IMG/VR virus record: IMGVR_UViG_3300031965_000002
Location: 66,082-104,165 of that record
Reading direction: 5' to 3' (one strand)
Source of the DNA: a virus
Length of the DNA: 38,084 nucleotides
A model generated the notes under the pieces. It was not told where the DNA came from, searched no databases, and saw only the letters and a list, made by a program, of their open reading frames with translations. Numbering within the stretch: position 1 is the stretch's first letter; each line of letters opens with the position of its first letter. Positions 9,693 through 17,968 of the stretch are shown here, in pieces. Position numbers and translations under genes: made by a program.

Positions 9693-10403
9693 ATGAGTTT
9701 AGTTCCATCAGGTCGTCGTAGAATTCAAGTTGCTCAAGGTCTTCCTGCTCAATCTACAGGATTGGGTGGCGATGATGTTGCGCAAGATTCGGTCTACGCA
9801 GACCCTCAGCAACAAGGGCAGCAAGCTCCAGCTTTCGATTTTAATGCTCTACAGCAAAATATGGAACAAGGCGATACTGCTCCACAGCCTTCGGCAGAAG
9901 ATATTGACAGCGCGGTAAACGGCGGGCAGGACGGAGATTCTGATCTTGCCGGAAACTTAGAAAGTTTTATTATTCAGAAGCTTGTTTCACTGGGCGTCCC
10001 CGACAGAATGTTCGGAGGCAAGGATGGTGTTGACCCATTCTTTCAGTGGGATGAGGATTTGGATAGCGAAACAAGTTCAGGTTTTTATCTGATTCCATCG
10101 TTTACAGCAACGCAAAAAATTGGCCGAGATACGGCTAAGCAGTTAGCAACTGAGATTGGTCAAAAGTTTAACCTTTCTCAGAAAATTACCAAAGAAGGTC
10201 GAAACTATAAAGTTAAGTTTCAGACCAAAATCGCAGAACCCGAGGCCGCTCAGTTCGGAACTTCATTGGATGACGTTATCAAGCCAGGCACCTTCCAACA
10301 GGGAGGAGCTAAAGCAGCTTCGAGTAAACATTCATATATTACAGGTTCTCAAAATAGTATATTGGCAAGCATTCAAAAACAACTCAATCAGGAGAGTAAG
10401 TAA
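9693..10403 (+). CDS. Hypothetical protein
   Basis: 236 aa; AAGGAG RBS; starts MSLVPSGRRRIQVAQ. Confidence 0.8.
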   Translation: MSLVPSGRRRIQVAQGLPAQSTGLGGDDVAQDSVYADPQQQGQQAPAFDFNALQQNMEQGDTAPQPSAEDIDSAVNGGQDGDSDLAGNLESFIIQKLVSLGVPDRMFGGKDGVDPFFQWDEDLDSETSSGFYLIPSFTATQKIGRDTAKQLATEIGQKFNLSQKITKEGRNYKVKFQTKIAEPEAAQFGTSLDDVIKPGTFQQGGAKAASSKHSYITGSQNSILASIQKQLNQESK

Positions 10404-11188
10404 TGGGCAGACTTCAGAAATCATCTGATCAAGCAAACTTGAGCATCTTTGACACGCTCGCTCAGGAACACATCAATATCGAGGATCGTGAGCCTGAGAT
10501 GAAGTCACGTACAGAGAAGCAGTCGGCTTTTGACCGTTCATTTGAAGAAATATCTGGTTCTCCTAAATTATCACATAATAGCATTGACGAGATTGATCTT
10601 GTTCGAGGTCGTCACAGTATTCGCTCGGCTGCGTGTGGTAATATTAGCGACGAAGGCTCCTCCAATAATGCCTACGGAGTCGCTGGTAAGAACAGTGTTT
10701 TTGATCCTAACTTGCTAGACCGAATGGGACAAGCTTCATCAAACCGTGAACGCACAGCGGCAGAGAAGGCATCTTCTCACGCTATTCGTGCTGCGAAACA
10801 GTCCGAGTATCGTAGTCAAATGTCACCACAGGTAGGCGAGTCTGATGAGTCTTATATCGGTCGCCAAGCGTCTTCAGTGGTTTCTAACTCACAGACAGCG
10901 CACCGTCATGGCTGGGTTCCTAATGGTTCTATTAGTATCTTTGACAATGAAGATTTTGAAAGAGTTAAGCCAACACAAGGCGAGTCTATGGAAAAGAAGG
11001 CAGTCACAGATGACAAATCATGGCAGCAGATCAAGAAGGCAAGCACAACCAGGGAAGCTGCCTCTGGTCTTTTTGATAAACTAGCAACGGAAGATGATTC
11101 TGCAAATCACAAGAACACGCAGAAAGAATCGACTGACCGTTTGTTTAATATTCTTCAGTCCCGCATAGGCACTGAGGGGGAACAATGA
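10403..11188 (+). CDS. Hypothetical disordered protein
   Basis: 261 aa; TAATG overlap; repeated SIFD/SVFD/GLFD motif. Confidence 0.8.
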   Translation: MGRLQKSSDQANLSIFDTLAQEHINIEDREPEMKSRTEKQSAFDRSFEEISGSPKLSHNSIDEIDLVRGRHSIRSAACGNISDEGSSNNAYGVAGKNSVFDPNLLDRMGQASSNRERTAAEKASSHAIRAAKQSEYRSQMSPQVGESDESYIGRQASSVVSNSQTAHRHGWVPNGSISIFDNEDFERVKPTQGESMEKKAVTDDKSWQQIKKASTTREAASGLFDKLATEDDSANHKNTQKESTDRLFNILQSRIGTEGEQ

Positions 11189-12418
11189 ATGGCCTTGCCT
11201 CCGATCGCAGTAGATGCGCTAAATACCAGTAAGATGGCGGTTGACGATTTAGTCAACAATAATCTCGGGCAAATACCCGACGGACTGTCGCCTGAAGAAA
11301 TAACGGAGTATATGGCAAGACAAAGAACAATGCTTGAACAAGCAATGCAGACTATCCAAGTTTTGAATACTACACAGGACCAAGTAGGAGAAATAGTAGA
11401 GGACGGGCAGGTTGCTCTTCCTGTTATTGCTTCATCCTATTTTAGATTGGAGAGAGCAGCTCAGGGTATGGGCATTGAAGCACCTATGACAGAGGAATCT
11501 CCAGTCATGGACACTTTGGAAGCTCCTGCGCAAAGTGAAAATACTGGACCGAACCAACCTCTCTCCTTTGGTTCGCATATCGATTTATTTAATTGGATGG
11601 AAGAACAGGTTCAGGCAGGGTCAGATTCTACAGCCCTTAGACAGCAACTTATTTCTGCTGCTGGCGACAATGACATCATAACCTCAGATGGTCTGCCTAT
11701 AGAACCGGCAGAGGTAATCGCTGATATTGTGCCGAAATATGTAGAAGCCTTTGGCCCCGAGCCCTCCAATACGGAAATGAGAGCACAGTTAGCAGAGAGG
11801 ATTTTTCAAGTTATGCCACAGCAAGATTCAGGTTCAAATGAAATTTCGGTTGTTGAGAGAACTGTGGCCGAAACCAATGCCACGATTCGTCGAGCAGCTA
11901 TGGAATACGCTGCTCATCAGAAGAGAGCGAAGGGGGAGTCCTTTAATCTCAAGAAGACAGCTCAACATAAATCGTTAGAAAATGTAATTGTTCATGGGCC
12001 AGGCGGTAATCGTATTGATCCATTCACGGGTTATTTGATTAGCGATTGGCACGTATATGAGCGTAATAAAGGGTGGGGCCTTCGTCCAGGTGATGCTCCT
12101 TTTGTTGATTATGAAGCTATTTGGCGCGATACTGTTATGGACAAATACAGTCGCCCGTTCCGCGACAAGGACGGCAACTGGGTTGGTGGTTATGTCCAGA
12201 AGCGATTTGAAGTCGATAAGTGGATTCCTGAAATTAATAATCTTCAATTGAAACCTGGTCAGCGTCGCAAGCCGTACCTTCCTGAATATCGCTCGTATGA
12301 AGCAAGGTTACAGGATCTTCGCTCCAAGGAAGATTCTCGTGGTCGTGAGTTCAACGACACAAGTAAGCCATTCAACTGGAAAGAAGCCCAAAGCGCTAAA
12401 AAAAAAGTAATGGGTTAG
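11189..12418 (+). CDS. Hypothetical protein with an aromatic-rich C-terminal domain; possibly extended by a -1 frameshift
   Basis: 409 aa; domain ISDWHVYERNKGWG...WVGGYVQKRFEVDKWIPE is bracketed by FNLKKTAQ and FNWKEAQ; ends on an A9 tract. Confidence 0.8.
   Translation: MALPPIAVDALNTSKMAVDDLVNNNLGQIPDGLSPEEITEYMARQRTMLEQAMQTIQVLNTTQDQVGEIVEDGQVALPVIASSYFRLERAAQGMGIEAPMTEESPVMDTLEAPAQSENTGPNQPLSFGSHIDLFNWMEEQVQAGSDSTALRQQLISAAGDNDIITSDGLPIEPAEVIADIVPKYVEAFGPEPSNTEMRAQLAERIFQVMPQQDSGSNEISVVERTVAETNATIRRAAMEYAAHQKRAKGESFNLKKTAQHKSLENVIVHGPGGNRIDPFTGYLISDWHVYERNKGWGLRPGDAPFVDYEAIWRDTVMDKYSRPFRDKDGNWVGGYVQKRFEVDKWIPEINNLQLKPGQRRKPYLPEYRSYEARLQDLRSKEDSRGREFNDTSKPFNWKEAQSAKKKVMG
12398..12407 (+). 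other. Candidate -1 ribosomal frameshift or transcriptional slippage site (AAAAAAAAAG)
   Basis: In-frame A AAA AAA heptamer 3 codons before the TAG; the -1 frame opens exactly here and runs to 13146. Confidence 0.55.
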
Positions 12419-13146
12419 TCAAGCAGTCTGACGATTTTCTAGGTTTTGGCGGTAAGAACAAAAGTAAAATACAGAATCAACCTCAAGGTCGAGTTGAAAT
12501 ATCAGCTCCTGACATGGGGCAGATTGGTCAGTTGCGCATTGATGAATACAACGGCCCGCAACCTAATCAAGACTTCTTTGAAGGCGATGAAGTAGAATTG
12601 CTCTCAAGGAGTGGCGCACCGACAGGCCTTCGTGGTACTATCCGCAGATTTGAAGGACTGAGGCAGGGTGTTCCTTATGCTTTTGTAGTTATTGATGAAG
12701 TTACAAGAGATATATTGCCGTTGAATATGCTTCGTAAGGTTCAGAAATTCGCGCAAGGGCGTCCCATGAGCGACCCTTTTGTTATGCCTGAAATCGGCGA
12801 AACACAAGGTGAAGCACAGAAACGAAATTCTCCTGCTTTACAGAAGACCTGTCCTGTATGTCAGTCAACCAACGCACCAGAGGCAACAAATTGTGCAAAC
12901 TGTGGCTCATCATTGGATACGCCATACATGGTTCCTAGACAGCAAAAGCAAAGATTAGCTCAGGTTGGCAGTTATATGGTAAATCCACCTGCTAACCGTA
13001 ATGTTATGCGCCCAACGACTGAGACATTTGAGAGACGAACTAAGAGGCCAACTTATCCAGATTTATCTGATGAACATGCCGATATAATTGACGAAGACCA
13101 TATAAACCAAGTTAGCGAATCTGCCAATGCTCTTGGTTTAGAATAA
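12400..13146 (+). CDS. Protein with SH3-like and zinc-ribbon segments (annotatable from ATG 12514, or a frameshift extension of the upstream gene)
   Basis: Frame open from 12400; contains FFEGDEVELL...GTIRRF and CPVCQSTNAPEATNCANCG; no obvious RBS before 12514. Confidence 0.7.
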   Translation, partial: KKSNGLVKQSDDFLGFGGKNKSKIQNQPQGRVEISAPDMGQIGQLRIDEYNGPQPNQDFFEGDEVELLSRSGAPTGLRGTIRRFEGLRQGVPYAFVVIDEVTRDILPLNMLRKVQKFAQGRPMSDPFVMPEIGETQGEAQKRNSPALQKTCPVCQSTNAPEATNCANCGSSLDTPYMVPRQQKQRLAQVGSYMVNPPANRNVMRPTTETFERRTKRPTYPDLSDEHADIIDEDHINQVSESANALGLE

Positions 13147-13160
13147 GGAGATGAAAAACT

Positions 13161-16100
13161 ATGGCCGGTAAAAAGCCTATCAAGATGCAACTTCCCGACA
13201 AAAACACAAAACGCATTGCTACTGCTGCACGAACTAAAACAGGCGTAACACCAACTCCCAAGGGGGTAGCTCCTTTCGCTGGCCTTGCAGCAAGCACGAC
13301 TGTTTCGATGCCGTTGACTCGTTCTGCTCAATCTATTGGCGGCTCGGGCGCGTTATTTACACAACCTATGTTCTTTTCGCCGCTTCATACTCCTCAGAAC
13401 TGGCAAATTGCGAGCAAAAGACAAGAAGTTTACCAATGGGCGAGGTTCTACTATGAAAATGAGCCCAAGGTAGCCGCAGGTATTGATTTTTATTCGCAGT
13501 TTCCTATCAATGGATTCAAACTTGAATGCAAGAGCAAGAAGATACAAGAATACTTTGATAGACTGTGTGACAAGTTGGACCTTCTACGCATGTTGCGGCT
13601 TATTTCTCATGAGCGGTTCCTTATCGGCGATGTGTTTGCCTTTCTTGAGTTTGATTCGCCAGATACTCGCGGAGAGACCGATATCCCGCCTGATAAATGG
13701 AATCATGCGGATGGAACGATATCCCGTATTATTGTTTTGAATCCCGATTGGGTTGAGGTCTATACAACTCCGCTTGCAGATGACCCAGAAATCGTCATGC
13801 TTCCTGATGATGAACTCAAGAAGATTGTTCAAATGAAGCAGCCTCGCTCCATCTATGACCGTCTTCCCGAGCAAGTTAAGGAACTTGTCGCAGCCGGTCG
13901 TCCTATCCGTTTATCAAATCGTGCTGTTAGTCATATCAAGCACGGCGGCGCTCCTTATGGTGTTTACGGCGAATCACTTCTTCGTCGTTTGTTTACCGTC
14001 TTGGCATACAAGACCAAGCTGATGACGGCTAACTGGATTGTTGCCGAGCGACTCGTTCTTCCCGTTCGTGTTGTTAAGATTGGCGATGAGAAGCGACCTG
14101 CTGGTGAAGATGATATCAATGATGTTCAGCAGCAGTTGGGTGCGGTTGCTAATGATCCGAACCTCACTCTCGTTACTCATCACGCCTTTGATTATGAGTG
14201 GTACGGGGCCTGTCATTCTGCTGACACAGAGATACTTACTCCTGATGGTTGGAAGTTCTTTTATGATCTTTTAGATGATGCTATTGTTGCAACCTATAAC
14301 AAAGAATGCGGACAGATGCAGTGGCAACAGATTGACAAATATCACGAGTATGATTTCAAGTCAACTGATACTTTGAAGATGTATAACTTCAACGCAAGGG
14401 GCGTTGATATCTCTGTCACGCCAAACCACCGCATGCTCGTTGAAAGAAACGGTCAGCTTTGCGAAATTTATTCGCAAGAAGTTAAGCACGGAGATAAGTT
14501 CCTGTCAACGGTTGACTGGGCTGGTCGAGTTCCAAAGAGTCTACCTTATAAGGATGGACCGCTTGCTCATATGGCTCTTGACGATTATCTTGAACTTGCT
14601 GGTTATTATCTGAGCGAAGGTGGCGTCAAGAAAGAGCGAAACAAGAATCTTGCGATTGAGAAGCAGATTCAAGCTTGTTCTGTCGGCCAAAACCGTTCGA
14701 GCCCGATCTATGATTCGATGCGAGAGGTTGTGAGCCTGGCGTATCCTAACTTCTCAGAAAAAGAAGATGACCGTTATAATGATGCATATTGCCATATGAC
14801 GATCAATAGTGTTGAGATTGCTCGTTATCTTGCGGAAGAGTTTGGAGATTGTTCCTCGACCAAGAAAATCCCTCGCTGGATTCGAGACCTTCCTAAGAAT
14901 AAGTTGCAGATTGTTTATGATGCAATGATGGCTGGCGACGGCGATGTTCGTTATGATACTACTCGACCAAGATATCGCTATAGCACTACTTCAAAGAGCT
15001 TGGCGGACCATTTTTCAGAGATAGCATTGAAGCTTGGATATTTCACTTCAACTTCTCGGAGTAAGGGAAGTAATGACAGATGTAAGGATGTCTACCGCAT
15101 TTTTTGGTCCGAGTGGAAAAAAGAAACTCCATTTGAGGTCCGTAAGCAGCATATTTTTCGCGAAGATTATGAGGGCAAAGTTTATTGCGTCAAGGTTCCT
15201 AATAAATGGATTATAACTAGGCGCAATGGTTGTATTACTATTCAGGGTAATTCAGGTAAAATTCATAACATTACGAATGAAGTTGAACTGGTTGGTAAGG
15301 AGCTTCTTGATGGCATGATGCTCAACCAGGCTTTGCTCAATGGTGAGATGGCTGCATATTGTCATTCAGAAGATACTCTGACATTAACTGATTCAGGATA
15401 TAAGAGATATGATGATATAACCGAGGAAGATAAAATTGCTTGCTATAATCCTGAGACAGGAAATATTGAATATCATCATTATTACGAAAAATTCGTATAT
15501 GATTATGATGGGGAAATGGTTAATTTTAACACGGATAAAATAGATATTTGTGTTACGCCTAATCATAGGATGTGGTCTGCTAAAAGAGATAATGATGAAT
15601 TTTCTTTTGTAGAAGCTAAAGACATAAAACGTCGAGCAAAGTTTTTAGGCGCAGTTAATGGATTCGTTGGAGAAGATTCAACTGGTATATCTGTTAATGG
15701 AGAGTATTATAGTATGTCAGATTATTGTGAACTTGCTGGTTTTTTTGTTTCAGAAGGTTCAATAGCCAGAGAAAACAGAGAAAATCGCACAAAACAGATT
15801 ACAACTCTTCATGTTCATCAGAATGCAGACGGTAAGGCTAGGGAGCAGATAGAGTCGTTATTTGATAGAATGTTTAAAACGGGTTATAACAATAACTCTT
15901 CAGTATCTATATATAATCCAAAACTGGCTCAGCATTTTTCTGAAGAGTTTGGACTTAGAGCAGAAAATAAAAGACTTCCAATTTGGTTAAAAAATCTAGA
16001 TCCAGTATTTTTAGAAATAGTTATTAATGCTATGGCGCAAGGCGATGGACATTATAGAAAAGAATCAGATAGGAAAAACGGTAGAATTGCATATTACACT

Positions 16101-17522
16101 TCCAGCGAGCAATTAGCAAATGATTTTGCAGAAATTGCATTTAAGTCTGGTTATGTTACAAAAATAGTCAAAAGAGGAAAACTGGGTTTGACAGGTTATA
16201 AGAATTTTGCTGGTCATCCTTATAAAACCAATCATCAACAATATGTAGTTTATGCATCTAAGGGTTTTAAGGGTCGTATACCTGTATTAGAATCTAAATC
16301 CAAAAAATACAAAAACAGAGAGATAACAAAGAAGTCTTATAAAGGCAAAGTCTATTGCTTTAGTGTCCCATTTGGTCTTTTTGTTACTATGCGCAATGGC
16401 CTGACAACGATTCAGGGTAATTCATCTGCTCAGGTCGGTGTAGAAATGCTTATTCGTCGTCTTGAGTCGTGGAGAAACGAGCTTGCGGACTGGGTAGAGA
16501 AGAACGTTTTCTTGACTGTTGCTAAGATGCAAGGCTTCATCGATGAAGAAGCAACAAAACAGAGTGGTGAGAAATGCTATATCTATCCTAAGATCAAATG
16601 GGATGACCTCAAGCTTCGAGACCCATCTAACCGAATACAACAGGCTATACAGTTAAATCAGAACGGCATTATTTCGAATCAAACTCTTCTTGAGATGTTT
16701 GACCTTGATTATGATCAGGAGATCCAGCGCTTGCGAGAAGAGCAAATTATGGCTGGACCCGCTGGCAATATCATGGGTGGTGGAATGGGCGGAGGAATGC
16801 CAGGCGGTGGAATGGGCGGAGGCATGCCAGGCGGCGACCCGATGGGTGGCGGCATGGGTGGTCCTATGGGCGACCCGATGGGCGGCGGTGGAATGGGTGG
16901 AGCGCCAGGCATGAGCGGAGCACCAATGGGCGGAGGTATAGCCGGTGGCGGCATGGGCGCGACCGCCGAGTCTTCGCCTCAAAAGGTCTATAAAAAAGGC
17001 AAAGCACCTAAAGCGAAAGAGCCTTCTCCTGAAGAACAGATGATGTATCAGCCAAAAACTTTGCAACTAACCAAACCTGAAGCAAAAACTTACAGGATAT
17101 TGAACGATATCAATCCTCCACATCAGTTGTTTGCCCAGTTCAAAGTTCAGGTTCCTGGCGAATCGCAACCTTTTGCTCTTGACTTTGCCTATCCCGATAT
17201 CGGTCTCAATATCGAGGCAGACGGAGAGAAATGGCATACAAGCGTCGAGGACAAGCAATCGGATAACCAGAGAGATGTAAAGCTTGCAAACATGGGTTGG
17301 ACTGTTATCCGGATTAGCGAATCTGCTTTGAATGAAAATGCGGATGAAGTCAAGAGATTGTTGTTCGACAGCATCAAAGAAGCTGCTGCCTTAAGGAGGA
17401 AACATGGCAAATCTTCAACAAATAAAAAAGGAAGATACGTCCAGGCTTCTTATGAAGAGCTTTCGAGTCCTGGAACAATCAGTATTAGCAAGACAGAGTT
17501 CTTGCCCGAGGAACAACCATGA
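13161..17522 (+). CDS. Portal protein with two inteins, a Gly/Met/Pro linker and a C-terminal Vsr/DUF559-like nuclease
   Basis: Portal-like extein (LNPDWVEV, HIKH...YGESLLRR, PKIKWDDL, GIISNQTLLE...DYDQEIQRLREE); located between terminase and protease; about 752 aa after splicing. Confidence 0.85.
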   Translation: MAGKKPIKMQLPDKNTKRIATAARTKTGVTPTPKGVAPFAGLAASTTVSMPLTRSAQSIGGSGALFTQPMFFSPLHTPQNWQIASKRQEVYQWARFYYENEPKVAAGIDFYSQFPINGFKLECKSKKIQEYFDRLCDKLDLLRMLRLISHERFLIGDVFAFLEFDSPDTRGETDIPPDKWNHADGTISRIIVLNPDWVEVYTTPLADDPEIVMLPDDELKKIVQMKQPRSIYDRLPEQVKELVAAGRPIRLSNRAVSHIKHGGAPYGVYGESLLRRLFTVLAYKTKLMTANWIVAERLVLPVRVVKIGDEKRPAGEDDINDVQQQLGAVANDPNLTLVTHHAFDYEWYGACHSADTEILTPDGWKFFYDLLDDAIVATYNKECGQMQWQQIDKYHEYDFKSTDTLKMYNFNARGVDISVTPNHRMLVERNGQLCEIYSQEVKHGDKFLSTVDWAGRVPKSLPYKDGPLAHMALDDYLELAGYYLSEGGVKKERNKNLAIEKQIQACSVGQNRSSPIYDSMREVVSLAYPNFSEKEDDRYNDAYCHMTINSVEIARYLAEEFGDCSSTKKIPRWIRDLPKNKLQIVYDAMMAGDGDVRYDTTRPRYRYSTTSKSLADHFSEIALKLGYFTSTSRSKGSNDRCKDVYRIFWSEWKKETPFEVRKQHIFREDYEGKVYCVKVPNKWIITRRNGCITIQGNSGKIHNITNEVELVGKELLDGMMLNQALLNGEMAAYCHSEDTLTLTDSGYKRYDDITEEDKIACYNPETGNIEYHHYYEKFVYDYDGEMVNFNTDKIDICVTPNHRMWSAKRDNDEFSFVEAKDIKRRAKFLGAVNGFVGEDSTGISVNGEYYSMSDYCELAGFFVSEGSIARENRENRTKQITTLHVHQNADGKAREQIESLFDRMFKTGYNNNSSVSIYNPKLAQHFSEEFGLRAENKRLPIWLKNLDPVFLEIVINAMAQGDGHYRKESDRKNGRIAYYTSSEQLANDFAEIAFKSGYVTKIVKRGKLGLTGYKNFAGHPYKTNHQQYVVYASKGFKGRIPVLESKSKKYKNREITKKSYKGKVYCFSVPFGLFVTMRNGLTTIQGNSSAQVGVEMLIRRLESWRNELADWVEKNVFLTVAKMQGFIDEEATKQSGEKCYIYPKIKWDDLKLRDPSNRIQQAIQLNQNGIISNQTLLEMFDLDYDQEIQRLREEQIMAGPAGNIMGGGMGGGMPGGGMGGGMPGGDPMGGGMGGPMGDPMGGGGMGGAPGMSGAPMGGGIAGGGMGATAESSPQKVYKKGKAPKAKEPSPEEQMMYQPKTLQLTKPEAKTYRILNDINPPHQLFAQFKVQVPGESQPFALDFAYPDIGLNIEADGEKWHTSVEDKQSDNQRDVKLANMGWTVIRISESALNENADEVKRLLFDSIKEAAALRRKHGKSSTNKKGRYVQASYEELSSPGTISISKTEFLPEEQP
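14211..15251 (+). mobile_element. Portal intein 1 (347 aa, LAGLIDADG)
   Basis: A/CHSADTEILTPDGW; VTPNHRM; LAGYYLSEG; AMMAGDG; KVYCVKVP; TIQGN/S. Confidence 0.92.
15360..16421 (+). mobile_element. Portal intein 2 (354 aa, LAGLIDADG)
   Basis: Y/CHSEDTLTLTDSGY; VTPNHRM; LAGFFVSEG; AMAQGDG; KVYCFSVP; TIQGN/S. Confidence 0.92.
16773..16958 (+). repeat. Low-complexity GGGMGGGMPG-type tandem repeat (portal linker)
   Basis: Imperfect repeats of ggtggaatgggcggagg encoding a G/M/P-rich stretch. Confidence 0.9.
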
Positions 17523-17959
17523 CTCTAATCTTTGAACTCATCAAGAAAGCCGAACATACTGGCGGTCGCAAGCCTATCAAGGAGAGGGGCATCAAGTGGG
17601 AAGAGTCATATCACGACAAATCTCTTTCTCTCAAGAAGAAGTTTGATAAACAACTTGGACCCGGTGGTTATTTCAGATGGGGCGGTCACGACTCAACTAC
17701 AAACTCGGATTACTATGTTGTTGTTGGACCTTCGATTCATAAAAAGCAGGGTAAGGTATTTTTCTCAGGCATTAAAAAGATGCCACCCCTTGCAGACCAG
17801 AAAACCAAGACATACTCGCCGTATGGAGAGTATTTTCGTACAATGAATGCTGCTCTCGCTTATGCTAATGATAAGTGGGGTGTTCCAACTCCAAAGGGAA
17901 TGCCAAACTATTCAAAAGAGCAACTTGCTGCTGTGGATATTCCTCAGCACGTTAACTAA
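17519..17959 (+). CDS. Hypothetical basic protein
   Basis: 146 aa; ATGA overlap with portal stop; starts MTLIFELIKKAE. Confidence 0.75.
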   Translation: MTLIFELIKKAEHTGGRKPIKERGIKWEESYHDKSLSLKKKFDKQLGPGGYFRWGGHDSTTNSDYYVVVGPSIHKKQGKVFFSGIKKMPPLADQKTKTYSPYGEYFRTMNAALAYANDKWGVPTPKGMPNYSKEQLAAVDIPQHVN

Positions 17960-17968
17960 GGGGTTATT

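Noticed and set aside
16773-16958. Tandem DNA repeats as a CRISPR array or regulatory repeat
   Set aside because: Imperfect codon-phased repeats without spacers, encoding a G/M/P linker
17070-17365. DUF559 domain as part of a third portal intein
   Set aside because: No Cys/Ser-start block A or terminal Asn/+1 nucleophile flanks it
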